64,000 bases of DNA from Acidimicrobiaceae bacterium (GCA_003141095.1 PLKM01000010.1:36693-100692); one strand, 5' to 3'. Positions 28,210 through 38,695 are shown, counted from the first letter of the stretch. The notes: a model not told the origin generated them from the sequence alone. Numbers and translations are program-made.

Positions 28210-29247
28210 ATGAGCCGAGCACCCGCCAGCGTGCGCACATCATGGCGCGCGATTGCCGTGGTGGGCGCCGCAGCCCTCTTGCTCGCCGGTTGCAACAGCG
28301 CCGTCGCGGTGGCCCCGGTGACGGGTTTACCCTCCATCGGGATTTCAGTTCCTCTCCACACGGTGGCCTGCACGACAACGGGCTCGTGCGTTGCGATCGG
28401 CACGACGGGCGCGAACCTGACCCCCTCCGCCGTTGGCGAGTATCGCGAAAATAACGGGACCTGGTCGTCCCTCGTCGTTCCGAGTGCGCCATCGTCGGTG
28501 ATCACCTCCGCGTCGTGCTGGAGCACCGGCTGCCTTATCGGTGGCGTTCAACCCGGTGGGAACCTGCTCTGGGGCTACAACGCCTCATCGCAATCGGTGA
28601 ACGTGCTGCAGGCACCAGCCGGCGGCGAGGGTGTTCGAGCGCTCAGTTGCTTTGGGCTGGCCACCTGCGCGGCGGTCGTCAGCGCCGGCATCAACGAGAG
28701 TTCGCAACTCTCCTACACCGCCAATGGCGGCGCCACGTGGTCAACCACCGTCCCGCTCACCTGGTCGTTGGGCGCAACAGTCATCGACCTGGCGTGCACC
28801 GACCCGCTCAACTGCATGGCCACGGCAGTTTCATCGTCCGATACCCTTGACGTCGAGGTGACGCACGACGCCGGTTTGACGTGGTCCGCCAGAACGACGC
28901 CAGCGTCCTGGCAAGCCCTCTCGTCACTCACGTGCGACTCTCTTCACTGTGTTGGCCTCGCCACGACGTCGGATAGCTCCCTTGTCGTTCTCACGAGCAC
29001 CTTTGGCCGCGTGTGGAAGACCATGAGGCTTTCAGCGAACGCCAGCGCCCTCGCCTGCTCGACCTATCGTCACTGCGTGATCGATGGTACGCGATCGAGC
29101 GGTGATCCGTGGCTCGCGACCCTCGACAACAAGAAGCTGCGCGTCGCTTCACTGAAGTACGTTCCCTCGGCGCTCGTCGACGTGGCGTGTGGCGTCAAGG
29201 TCTGTGCGGCGATTGGCGTGAGCACCGTGCTCGCGCTGCGCCCCTAA
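28210..29247 (+). CDS. Lipoprotein with repeated Cys pairs (probable beta-propeller), function unknown
   Basis: Lipobox LLLAGC; seven C-x3-5-C units; T.NGG.TW and THDAGLTW Asp-box-like motifs. ATG 28210 preferred. Confidence 0.7.
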   Translation: MSRAPASVRTSWRAIAVVGAAALLLAGCNSAVAVAPVTGLPSIGISVPLHTVACTTTGSCVAIGTTGANLTPSAVGEYRENNGTWSSLVVPSAPSSVITSASCWSTGCLIGGVQPGGNLLWGYNASSQSVNVLQAPAGGEGVRALSCFGLATCAAVVSAGINESSQLSYTANGGATWSTTVPLTWSLGATVIDLACTDPLNCMATAVSSSDTLDVEVTHDAGLTWSARTTPASWQALSSLTCDSLHCVGLATTSDSSLVVLTSTFGRVWKTMRLSANASALACSTYRHCVIDGTRSSGDPWLATLDNKKLRVASLKYVPSALVDVACGVKVCAAIGVSTVLALRP

Positions 29248-30986
29248 CCTCGCAACGCCGCGGCCAACAGGCCGGGAATCTTTGACCACGAAGGCTTCAC
29301 CTCAAAGGCGAGGAGTTTGCGCATGACGACGCCGGCGTTGTTGTTGGTGGCAAACCACGCGGGCGCCGGCTTCGCCACAAATGGACCGCGCACCACCGAC
29401 TTCTGCGGTCGTGCGAAAAGGAACGCATTACCCACAAAGCCGCTGCCCGATTGAATGTCGGTAATGGGGTGGCCCGGAAACGCGCCCCAGGCGGTGGTGG
29501 AGAAGGCGAAGCTCATGGCGTGCCAAAGATTCAGTCCGATTGATCCGTATCGAAGGTCGGCAATGGCCTGCTCGAGCGCCGGGCCGCACTCGGCGTCCTT
29601 CATGGTGCGCGGGTCCGCGATCAACGTCATGGAGAGCGTTCCCCAGACCACGTCATTGCAGAAGTCGGTGGCCTTGCGAATAAAGTCGCTCGTCGAATCC
29701 CCCTCGAGTGCCGTTTCGCTGGTCAGAGCGCAAAATGCCTCGACGTTGAGGCAGATGTCGTTGACGTCGGACGCATCGACATCTCGAATGAGCGTCCACG
29801 GCATCGTGCCATTGCTGACGTCACCAATTTGGTGAGCGTCGGGGTGCACCGCGAGGAAGGAGTCCCTGCGGGCCTCGGCTCCGGGGTAGTAGGCCCTGCG
29901 CGTCGGCAGGCCCGCCAAGACCCCCTCGAGGGCTGCGAAGAACCCTTCTCGCTGCGCCCAGTCCTTGTGGGTGATGATGACGCGCGGCGTCAGGCAGTTG
30001 AAGCCCGCGTTGTTCGTCATCATCGTCGCCACGTGCTTTGCCTGGTACTCGATCTCGTTTTGCGACCACTCGCCAGGAACTATCACCACCGGCGAGACGT
30101 TGCCCAACTCGCAACTCACCGGCTTCGTCACCAGCGGCTCGTTGCTGGCCTTGCGCCGCTCGCCTTCGGGCCCGACACCAAAGACAATGGCGTCGTGGGT
30201 CTTGTCCGAGCCCGTCACGTGAATGTCGGTGATTGCTTCGTGCTGCGTGAGGTACGACCCGACCTGAGCGCCGCCCGTCACGATGCGCAGAAACCCTTCG
30301 TCAATCAGCGCCGACATTGCCCGCTCCCAGTACGGAACGAGGTAGTCGTTCACCGGATTCGCCTTGAGGATGACGACTTTTCCTTCGCCGAAGAGCTTGC
30401 TGAGTACGTCGCGGGGGCCGAGTGACGCGACGTTGCCTGCTCCTAGAACGAGCGAGACGCCCGCGTGCGAGGCCGGTGCCTGGTACACCTCAGCCTGGGT
30501 GGCCTTCACCTCGGTCTCGCTCAGCCCGGGCTCCATCCATACCTCGCCCGTCATACCGGCGTAGAGAATCTTGTCGAACGTATTGACGGGAAGAACTTGG
30601 ATCGCAATGCGGTTACCGGGCTTGTGACGGACGGGACCCGGGTACTGGGGACGTCCCGTCGTGGCGATGTCAATCATCGCTTTGCGCAGGGCCTGGGCCA
30701 TTCGCACGAACGTACCAATTCCGCCGAAGAGCTCCTCTCCACCCGTTGGGCCGTTCGGGTCGTATCCCTTGGCTTCGCACGCCGCGTTATTCCATTCCTC
30801 GGAAACCTCGAACGTGTCGTTCACGATCCTCTCGAGCAATCGAGCGCGTTCGCTCGCCGGCGTGGAGGCCCACGCGCCGGCTCGGGCGCTCACGTCGCCA
30901 ATCGCCCGATCGAGTACGGCCTTGTCAATTGCGACGTGATCCTGTGTTCCCGAGGTCGGAGCTGCGGCTCCTCGTACCTGACTCAT
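29244..30986 (-). CDS. Aldehyde dehydrogenase family protein
   Basis: LGAGNV, LKANPVN, HVTGS, CELGNVSP, NNAGFNC. ATG 30986 preferred over the long track ORF. Confidence 0.85.
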   Translation of the reverse strand: MSQVRGAAAPTSGTQDHVAIDKAVLDRAIGDVSARAGAWASTPASERARLLERIVNDTFEVSEEWNNAACEAKGYDPNGPTGGEELFGGIGTFVRMAQALRKAMIDIATTGRPQYPGPVRHKPGNRIAIQVLPVNTFDKILYAGMTGEVWMEPGLSETEVKATQAEVYQAPASHAGVSLVLGAGNVASLGPRDVLSKLFGEGKVVILKANPVNDYLVPYWERAMSALIDEGFLRIVTGGAQVGSYLTQHEAITDIHVTGSDKTHDAIVFGVGPEGERRKASNEPLVTKPVSCELGNVSPVVIVPGEWSQNEIEYQAKHVATMMTNNAGFNCLTPRVIITHKDWAQREGFFAALEGVLAGLPTRRAYYPGAEARRDSFLAVHPDAHQIGDVSNGTMPWTLIRDVDASDVNDICLNVEAFCALTSETALEGDSTSDFIRKATDFCNDVVWGTLSMTLIADPRTMKDAECGPALEQAIADLRYGSIGLNLWHAMSFAFSTTAWGAFPGHPITDIQSGSGFVGNAFLFARPQKSVVRGPFVAKPAPAWFATNNNAGVVMRKLLAFEVKPSWSKIPGLLAAALRG

Positions 30987-31022
30987 AAGCCTTCCCTCCC
31001 ATTCGTATGGGAGACTAGTGCG

Positions 31023-31649
31023 GTGAGTGTCTCGTCGCCCAGCTCCGTCCCGCCCGGCTGGTATCCCGATCCAAGCGGCCTTCGCCAGTGGCGGGTCTGG
31101 ACCGGTAGTTCGTGGTCGGAGTTGACCCGCGCCTACGGCGACCCGGTGAGTGCCGTGCCCCTGGTCGAGTCGCTTTCCCTGATAAATGCCCTTCATCGAC
31201 TGGTCCGCTACGGAATTGTCGCCCTCTTTTCGGGCCTTGGCCTCGTCGTGGGGGCCCTCGCGCACTGGCCCGGCACCCACCAACCCACACCCCTTTGGTT
31301 CGCCGCAACAGCCTCCGATGCCGGCATCGCGCTGCTGGTCATCGGCTCGGTGCTCTTCGCGTTGGCCCTGCGCGAACTCGAGGGTCGCTGGACGGTTTTC
31401 GCCTTCGTCCCGGGCGTGAACGCGTTGGTCGTCGCGGCGCTCGTAACCCACCGACTTGGTAGAAAATCGCCGGTGATTCGCGTTATCACCGAGGGTGTGC
31501 TGGTAGCGCTCTTCATCGCCAACGCCCACAGCCAACCATGGCTCTGCGTCGCGCTGCTCATCGTCGCGCTGGACCAGATGCAGTGGACACTGGCGCTGGT
31601 TGACCAACTTTCCGGACCCGCGACGATTCCGACACCTACCGCCTCGTAG
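31023..31649 (+). CDS. DUF2510-domain membrane protein
   Basis: PPGWYPDPSGLRQWRVWTG followed by TM helices; GTG 31023 is preceded by GGGAGA. Confidence 0.75.
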   Translation: MSVSSPSSVPPGWYPDPSGLRQWRVWTGSSWSELTRAYGDPVSAVPLVESLSLINALHRLVRYGIVALFSGLGLVVGALAHWPGTHQPTPLWFAATASDAGIALLVIGSVLFALALRELEGRWTVFAFVPGVNALVVAALVTHRLGRKSPVIRVITEGVLVALFIANAHSQPWLCVALLIVALDQMQWTLALVDQLSGPATIPTPTAS

Positions 31650-31699
31650 GATTGCTCCGGTGGGGCGCACCAGCCCTGTCCTTGAGCAGAAAGTCAACA

Positions 31700-32266
31700 G
31701 TGGCGTACGAAGAGTGGGGACCGTTGGCCGGCCTTGTTGGAACGTGGGAATCCGGTTGGACTGGCCTTGACGTCGCGTTCCACAATGACAAGGGCAAGAT
31801 CGCCGAAACCCCCTATCGCGAAACGACAACCTTCAAGCCCTTCGGTCCGGTCGATAACGGTGCCCAGTCCCTTTACGGTCTCGACTACCGCACGGCGGCG
31901 TGGAAGGAGGGCGAGGAGAATCCTTTTCACACCGAGGTCGGCTACTGGATGTGGGACGGGAACAACAATCAGGTGATGCGCTGCTTCCTGATTCCTCGCG
32001 CCTCCGCCTTGATCGCTGGCGCCACCGTCGAGCCCAATGCCACTTCTTTCAAGTTGGCGTCCGTCCTCGGTTCGAACACCTACGGGATCTTGTCCAACAA
32101 GTACCTGGACGAAATTGCGAAAACCACGCGCTTTGACGTCACGGTCACCATTCACGCCAACACGTTCTCGTACGACGAGACCACCGTGGTCGAGCATCAG
32201 AAGCACCCGACCATCATCATGCACACCGATCGAAACACGCTGACGCGCGTGAGCCAGGAGGCCTAG
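31700..32266 (+). CDS. Nitrobindin/THAP4-like heme-binding beta-barrel protein
   Basis: WGPLAGLVGTW, YGLDYRT, FHTEVGYW, HTDRNTL. Confidence 0.8.
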   Translation: MAYEEWGPLAGLVGTWESGWTGLDVAFHNDKGKIAETPYRETTTFKPFGPVDNGAQSLYGLDYRTAAWKEGEENPFHTEVGYWMWDGNNNQVMRCFLIPRASALIAGATVEPNATSFKLASVLGSNTYGILSNKYLDEIAKTTRFDVTVTIHANTFSYDETTVVEHQKHPTIIMHTDRNTLTRVSQEA

Positions 32267-32271
32267 GCACC

Positions 32272-33489
32272 GTGTACGACTGGTCAGAAGAGCATCAAGC
32301 CATCATCGCCGTCGTTCGTCGATTTGTCGACGAGGAGATCCGCCCCCATCTGGACGACCTGGAACACAATGGTGTGCCGCCCTACGAGATATTGCGAAAG
32401 ATGTACGACGTCTTCGGGCTGAAGGAGATGGCCCAGGAGAACTTCAAACGCCAACTCGACAAGAAGATCTCTGGTGAAGAGCCGTCGCGCGCCTCGCGAG
32501 GCGGCTCAGACCCCGGAGCCCAGCTGATTTCAACCATCGAACTCTGTCGGGTGAGCCCAGGTCTCGTCACATCACTCGGTGTCTCGACGGGGCTCGCCGC
32601 GGGCACCATAAACAAGTTGGGCACTCCCGCTCAGATGGAGCGATGGGCGCTCGACCTGATGACGCTCGACAAGATTGGCGCGTGGGCGATCACCGAGCCC
32701 GACTCCGGATCAGACGCCCTGGGTGGAATGCGCACGAGCGCGAAGCGCGACGGCGACGAGTACGTCATCAACGGTCAAAAGACTTGGATCACCAACGGGC
32801 CCTACGCCGACACAATTGTTCTTTACGCCAAGCTCGATGACGGGAGCGGCGAAGACATGCGCAACCGCAAGGTCTTGACCTTTGTGTTGGACAAGGGGAT
32901 GCCGGGGCTCGAGCAGGCCAAGCCCATGCGCAAGATGGGCCAACACGGATCACCCACCGGCGAGGTCTTCCTCAGCGATGTGCGCGCGGGCAAGGACCGC
33001 CTGCTCGGTGAGAGCGAAGAGCCCAAGGGTGGCGGCCGACAGAGCGCCAAGGACAATTTCGTCGCCGAGCGGGCCGGCGTCGCCGCTATGTCCCTCGGCA
33101 TCATCGAGGAGTGCGTCAAGCTATCGATTGACTACGCCAAGCACCGCAAACTCTGGGGCACACCAATTGGTGATTTCCAGCTCATTCAGCTGAAGCTTGC
33201 CCAGATGGAAGTGGCGAGGATCAACGTTCGAAACATGGTGTTCGCTCACATAGAACGCTCCTCGCAGGGAGCGGTGCCAACCCTCGCCGAGGCGTCGGCC
33301 ATGAAGCTGTACGCCGCGCAGGCCGCGTGCCAGGTGGCCGACGACGCCATACAGATTTTTGGCGGCAATGGTTATATCGCCGAGTACCGCGTAGAGCAAC
33401 TGAGCCGCGACGCTCGGGTGCTTCGCATCTACGCCGGCACCGACGAGATGCAAGTCGTCGCCATCGCGAAAGACCTCATTCGCTCGTAG
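32272..33489 (+). CDS. Acyl-CoA dehydrogenase
   Basis: AITEPDSGSDA, INGQKTWITNG, IQIFGGNGY, IYAGTDE. Confidence 0.93.
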   Translation: MYDWSEEHQAIIAVVRRFVDEEIRPHLDDLEHNGVPPYEILRKMYDVFGLKEMAQENFKRQLDKKISGEEPSRASRGGSDPGAQLISTIELCRVSPGLVTSLGVSTGLAAGTINKLGTPAQMERWALDLMTLDKIGAWAITEPDSGSDALGGMRTSAKRDGDEYVINGQKTWITNGPYADTIVLYAKLDDGSGEDMRNRKVLTFVLDKGMPGLEQAKPMRKMGQHGSPTGEVFLSDVRAGKDRLLGESEEPKGGGRQSAKDNFVAERAGVAAMSLGIIEECVKLSIDYAKHRKLWGTPIGDFQLIQLKLAQMEVARINVRNMVFAHIERSSQGAVPTLAEASAMKLYAAQAACQVADDAIQIFGGNGYIAEYRVEQLSRDARVLRIYAGTDEMQVVAIAKDLIRS

Positions 33490-33773
33490 CGGCCTCAGTG
33501 CTCGTCACCAGGCAACGGCGAGGCCCATCGATCAAACCCACCCAGCTCTTGTAGACATTGCTGGCGTTCAGAGCCGTCTCCGACGCCAGCAGGAGATGCT
33601 CCGCGAACTCGACGTTGGTGCATATCAGTTCTCCAAGCGCAACAACGTCGTTGTAAATAGTGAAGATAATTGCCTTGGTGTTCGTTGGTTCACGAAGTAT
33701 CCGACGCTCGACCCATGGCGTCGCGCTAATCCTTAGCGCCGACGCGAAGACGAGGGAAAGCACCCTCCACGAA

Positions 33774-33965
33774 TCAACTCTTTCTGGGCCGAACTACCAA
33801 GTACCAAAATAAGAACAGTGCCACGACGGGAACCGCCACCACCACCACCCGAGCGGCCGGCAACACCGCGCCGCGGTGCGGGTCGAACGTAGTGGTGGTC
33901 GTGGATGACGCCATAAGTATCTCGTGAACAATGTGCATCATGCTCTTCTCTTCGTTTGCATTCAA
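33774..33965 (-). CDS. Small single-TM hypothetical protein
   Basis: Thr run, one hydrophobic helix and a basic C-terminus; no family recognised. Confidence 0.4.
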   Translation of the reverse strand: MNANEEKSMMHIVHEILMASSTTTTTFDPHRGAVLPAARVVVVAVPVVALFLFWYLVVRPRKS

Positions 33966-34050
33966 ACCATCGTGTCCCGGTCGAGCTGCGGGCTAAGACG
34001 ACTCCTCAGGCACCGTCTGGAGAACTCCCAGCACCGATATACAATTTAGT

Positions 34051-35291
34051 GTGCCGCACTCGTTACGACCGCGGAGCGTACGAGCTCTTTCGAATGACCG
34101 GGCAATTCACGAAGCCGGAATTGAAGAGTTGCTGCGGGTGGGCGTTGACCACGTGTCGCTGCGCGACGTGAGCGCGCGAGCCGGTCTCACCCACGGGGCG
34201 GCCTATGCGCGTTACGAGGACGCGAACGAGCTGCTCGTCGACCTCTGGATCTCGGAACTGCAAAACCGGGCAATCAGACTATTTACGCTCTGTCTGAAGC
34301 TTGTGCGGCACCGGGCGAACGAAGTCTCGATGAACTCTTCGATTTGATTCGTAACACCACCCACGCGGACATTGCCAGTGTTCATGTTCTGCTCACCGCT
34401 CGAAGGATCCCGGTGCTTCTTGAAGAGGTCGAGCCCTTCATTGATCAATACCTGAAGCGCCAGGAATGTTCATCCCCAGTGGCGAGCAGCGCCGTCACCC
34501 GGGCGATCTGCGTCTACGGAATCATGGTGGCCCAGATCATTTATAGCTATCACAACGATCGACCGGACGACTATCTCGACACGCTGAGGGCGCGATTGCT
34601 TGCGACCCTGCTTGCGGAGCCCTCCGAAGTGGTGAGCGTTGGCGCGGTTACGCCCACGGTGCCATTTCTGGACAACGAGCGCGTTGATTTGCAGACAAGA
34701 CTTGCCCTCGCCACGTATCAGGTTGTTGGCAAGAGTGGCTACACCCACGCAACGTTGTCGCGAATTGCCCGTCGGGCCGAGTGCTCTACGGGCGCCATCT
34801 ATGGCCTCTACAGTTCGAAGGAACGACTGGTCGCTGATTCGTATCACCTCGCTATCCAGCGTCGCTGGTCGCAACCCACGAACTTCACGGGCATTCTCGA
34901 CGAAGGTGCTCTGACGCAGTTGCTCTTCGAGACTGGTCACCCGATGAATGCGACGTGGTGCAACTATCTCTTGGAGTTCAGTCTCGCCACCGCCTTCAAT
35001 CCCGTGCTTCTTGAGACGATCTCATATCACACGAGCGGCGTGTCAAAGATGATTCCGCTGCTTCAAGGGCTCACGGACGACGAAAGATTGGTGCTGAGCG
35101 ATGTAGTGACCATGATCAGTCTGCTGACCCATGGGTTGTCGTACGTGTCGGCCGTGTGCGGATCCTTGGAGTGCTCGAACTTCGATCAATTCGCTGAGCC
35201 CCTTCGAACCGCCTTCCTCAGCAACGTCGGGGCGACGTGGGACAGATTGTGCGAACAAATTAACCTGTTCGCCGAGCAACTAAACACGTAG
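34051..35291 (+). pseudogene. Tandem double-TetR regulator with a frameshift near 34288-34295
   Basis: HTH1 (SLRDVSARAGLTHGAAYARY) lies in ORF 34051. After RLFTL the protein-like sequence continues in the frame of ORF 34344 (SEACAAPGERSLDELFDLIRN), which carries HTH2 (TLSRIARRAECSTGAIYGLY). TACAAT sits 5 nt before the GTG. Confidence 0.7.
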
Positions 35292-35339
35292 CGCCTAGGG
35301 GTTTGCTTCCCCTCATCACCGAGCTACTTTTCGGGCCGC

Positions 35340-36536
35340 TTAGTTCTTCATCAAGTCAGGCGACGTTTCCATACCCTTACGCCACACGGATCGGGCAATA
35401 ATCTTTGTCACGTCGGCCCGGTCACGGTAACGAACGGCAATGTCGCGCGACTCTTCGAGCAGGCCTTCCGAGAGTTTGGTCGGATTGAGACCAAGCGCCA
35501 GGAAGTGGTTACGACTCACATTGAGTTCGTTCTCCTTGGCCTCGCGACGCGGATTGGGCAACATGGCAATCTCAGCACCCGTCAACTTCGAAATCAGTTC
35601 AGCGAGCTCGAGCACACGGTGAGTCTCGGTGACCTGATTGAACACCATGGGCTTGTCCCCCCGCTCGGGTGGGTTCTCGAGGGCAATCTGAATGCAGCGC
35701 ACGGTGTCGCGGATGTGGATGAACGCCCGGGTTTGACCACCGGTGCCGTGCACCGTCAGCGGGTGGCCAATCGCGGCCTGCATCAAGAAGCGGTTAAGGA
35801 CGGTGCCGTAGTCGCCGTCATAATCGAATCGGTTGATAAGGCGCTCGTCCAGGGCCGTCTGGGGGGTTTGCGTGCCCCACACGATGCCCTGGTGCAGGTC
35901 AGTAATACGCAACTGATCGTTCGCGCAGTAGAAGGCGAACAACAGCTGGTCAAGGGTCTTCGTAAGGTGGTACACCGAACCGGGGTTGGCGGGGTGCAAG
36001 ATCTCGCGGTCGATGTCACCGTCAGGAGTTGGGACCTTGACCGTGAGATAACCCTCGGGAATTGGAGCAGTGCCCGACCAACCGTAGCCGTAGACGCCCA
36101 TCGTGCCGAGGTGAACGAGCGCGATGTCGAGACCAGTCGAAACAATTGCCGTAAGCACGTTGTGCGTGCCTCGAACGTTGTTGTCAACGGTGTAGCGCTT
36201 GGCGATGCTGCTGCGCATTGAGTACGGTGCGGCTCGCTGCTCTCCGAAGTGCACAATCGCGTCGGGTCGCTCAGTCACGAGCAGGGACTCAAACCGGTCG
36301 TACTCTTCGGCGAGGTCTAGGTGGACGTAACCGATTTCCCTTCCGGTCAACTCTTTCCACACCCGAATCCGCTCGCCAATAGGGCGGATCGGCGTCAATG
36401 AATCGACCTCGAGCTCAAGGTCGATCTCGCGGCGGCTCAAGTTGTCGACAATCGTCACGTCGTGACCGATGTCTGACAGGTGAAGCGACGTGGGCCAGCC
36501 ACAGAATCCGTCACCGCCAAGAACAAGAACCTTCAT
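35340..36536 (-). CDS. sqdB: UDP-sulfoquinovose synthase
   Basis: MKVLVLGGDGFCGWPT, EQRAAPYSM, HLGTMGVYG, YHLTK, TDLHQGIVWG, YGTVLNRF. Confidence 0.93.
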   Translation of the reverse strand: MKVLVLGGDGFCGWPTSLHLSDIGHDVTIVDNLSRREIDLELEVDSLTPIRPIGERIRVWKELTGREIGYVHLDLAEEYDRFESLLVTERPDAIVHFGEQRAAPYSMRSSIAKRYTVDNNVRGTHNVLTAIVSTGLDIALVHLGTMGVYGYGWSGTAPIPEGYLTVKVPTPDGDIDREILHPANPGSVYHLTKTLDQLLFAFYCANDQLRITDLHQGIVWGTQTPQTALDERLINRFDYDGDYGTVLNRFLMQAAIGHPLTVHGTGGQTRAFIHIRDTVRCIQIALENPPERGDKPMVFNQVTETHRVLELAELISKLTGAEIAMLPNPRREAKENELNVSRNHFLALGLNPTKLSEGLLEESRDIAVRYRDRADVTKIIARSVWRKGMETSPDLMKN

Positions 36537-36894
36537 CTGAACTCCAATCGATGCCGTCTCGACGGCTTTGACAAACGGCGAAGCCAAAGATTTGGCTTCG
36601 CGACCATGCAATCTTACCAGCCCCCTGACGAAACCCCATTTCCGAGGCTGGTAGTTCACTGTGAAATATTGTGAACTCCTTTAACTCGATCGGGTGAGCA
36701 CCATTCGTCGACGGGCCGAAGCGGCCGCGCGGCATCGTTCGCTGTTCACGCTTCTGCCTGGTTCACGAACGTCTCATAATCACAGAGATGAACTTTTCGT
36801 GACGGGCCAAGGCCTGATCGTAGAGTCTTTCCGGTGTAGGGTGAGAAAAATTGCATTCCTAGAGAATGTCCAGACTGTCATCAAGGGGCTGCCC

Positions 36895-37344
36895 ATGAGT
36901 TTCGTTGAATCAGTGAGGACATGCCTCAAGAAATACGCGACCTTTTCGGGTGCAGCTACCAGGCCCGAGTATTGGTGGTTCGTTCTCTTCAGTGCATTGG
37001 GGGGGCTGGTGCTGGCCCTTGCTCGCGTGCCCGCGCTCCGAGTCCTCTGGTTTCTCGTGCTTTTCATTCCGGAACTGGCCGTTGCGGTGAGGCGCCACCA
37101 CGACGCCGGCCGCTCCGGCTGGTGGATTTTCGCGAGCATCATCTGGCCTTGGGAGGTGGTGCTTCTCTGTTACCCGAGCAAATTGACTGGCAACAAGTAC
37201 GTCGAGGATCGAAGCGCGCAGTTATCGGTTACCGAAGCAGATCTCACTTCGTCGTCCCTGCCGTGTCCCTCGTGCGGCAAGCTCCGCCTACCGGGGCAGA
37301 ACTACTGCATGGGGTGCGGCGCGCATTTCTCGGACAACCAGTAA
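36895..37344 (+). CDS. DUF805 membrane protein with a C-terminal zinc ribbon
   Basis: YATFSGAATRPEYWWF, AVAVRRHHDAGRSGWW, CPSCG..NYCMGCG. Confidence 0.85.
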   Translation: MSFVESVRTCLKKYATFSGAATRPEYWWFVLFSALGGLVLALARVPALRVLWFLVLFIPELAVAVRRHHDAGRSGWWIFASIIWPWEVVLLCYPSKLTGNKYVEDRSAQLSVTEADLTSSSLPCPSCGKLRLPGQNYCMGCGAHFSDNQ

Positions 37345-37413
37345 GCGAGGAAGCGGGTGCTTCCCCGCCCACTCAAACGTCCACTCGTCGATCATTCTCG
37401 TTGATGCGCCCGA

Positions 37414-38493
37414 TCACGTCATCGGTGCTCCGACGGCGTAATCGGAGTTCACGGCGTCCATCACGGCGTCCACCGCCTTCGGCGTGTCGGTGACCACACC
37501 GAGCTCGCGGTTGTACGAGAGCGAGGATGTGGAGAAATTCTCGCTGCCGATGAATACGGTTCCGCCACTCACCTCGCAGTCGACGCAGATGGCCTTGGCG
37601 TGGATGTAGAGCTGCGAGGAGTTGAGAACGTGCACGTGTACTCCTGCGCCCTCCAGTTGGACGAGCGCCGCCTTCCATGACGAGTCGTACGTCATGACGA
37701 CCTTGACCGAGACGCCTCGTCTCGCCGCGGCGACGAGTGCCTGTTCTATCGATGGCGAATCCATCTCTTCGTTTTCGACCAGCAGGGTCCGACGGGCCGA
37801 TGCAATCAAGTCAACGAGCGTCGACGTCGATCCCGGGCTCCACACCAATCCGCCCGAACTGCGAGGTGGTGTTCCCTCTCGCGCGAAATCATCGCTGAAA
37901 GTCGACTCGATCGCACGGACGTCGCTGGGAAGCCTGTCCTCAACCCAGAAATCTCTCGTCGACGAATAATCCGAAGAATCGAGATTCCCGGTGCCGATGA
38001 AGGCCGAGCTCTTGTCGATGACGAGATACTTGGCGTGAAAAATCTGACTGGACGGCGCCCATTCGACGTGCACCGAACTGGCGCGCAGCAGGGCGACTGC
38101 CGGCGCGTTGTCGCTGGTGCCGTAGTACGCGGCGTCCAGCAGAACCCGGACAGTCACCCCCGAGTGCGCCTTGGCGATGAGCTCATGCTCCATGGAGCTA
38201 TCAGAGAGTTCGTACATTGACATATCGATACTGTGGCGTGCATGTTGAATGGCGTTCGCTAAGAACCCGTAGCCCATCTGGGGTTCAGTCCAGACATTCG
38301 AGACCACCGATCGGTGCGAGCTGGTTGCGGCTGCATCGCCACCGAGTGGAGCAATCGACACTAGAGCCAGCGCGAGGACACCCACCGCAACACCGAGAGA
38401 CGAAACGACACCGAACCTCTTGAATTCCTTGGTCCTCTCGCCCTTAATCGGCGAGAGCGCTGCAACCTTCATGGGGCGAATCCTAGGACTCAC
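37414..38493 (-). CDS. Secreted phospholipase D-superfamily protein (two HKD motifs)
   Basis: Signal/TM segment; HAKYLVID, HAKAICVD, IGSENFS. Start 38493 or 38472. Confidence 0.88.
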   Translation of the reverse strand: MSPRIRPMKVAALSPIKGERTKEFKRFGVVSSLGVAVGVLALALVSIAPLGGDAAATSSHRSVVSNVWTEPQMGYGFLANAIQHARHSIDMSMYELSDSSMEHELIAKAHSGVTVRVLLDAAYYGTSDNAPAVALLRASSVHVEWAPSSQIFHAKYLVIDKSSAFIGTGNLDSSDYSSTRDFWVEDRLPSDVRAIESTFSDDFAREGTPPRSSGGLVWSPGSTSTLVDLIASARRTLLVENEEMDSPSIEQALVAAARRGVSVKVVMTYDSSWKAALVQLEGAGVHVHVLNSSQLYIHAKAICVDCEVSGGTVFIGSENFSTSSLSYNRELGVVTDTPKAVDAVMDAVNSDYAVGAPMT

Positions 38494-38695
38494 GTGTCAC
38501 AGGCTGAGTTGACGCGAGCGAGTGGCTGACCTGGTCGGCCTCTTCCCACTCCGGGCGCCTTCATCTCGACGATCATGGGTTCGCGGTCGGGCGATGAGAC
38601 CCCATGACGCCAACTGACCAGGCCCGAGCACTGTCCTATCGTGAGGAGATGATCGACAATCCGAAGACCCGTCCTCCCGCGGGTGTTCGCCACCA

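Noticed and set aside
29244-31829. 861-aa track ORF, and similar long antisense ORFs (8052-9890, 25682-26959, 10147-11292).
   Set aside because: These are shadow frames or 5' over-extensions typical of high-GC DNA; the real genes are assigned by motif.
33476-33763. 95-aa minus-strand ORF and an overlapping open plus-strand frame.
   Set aside because: No motif, RBS or convincing start; at most a decayed fragment.
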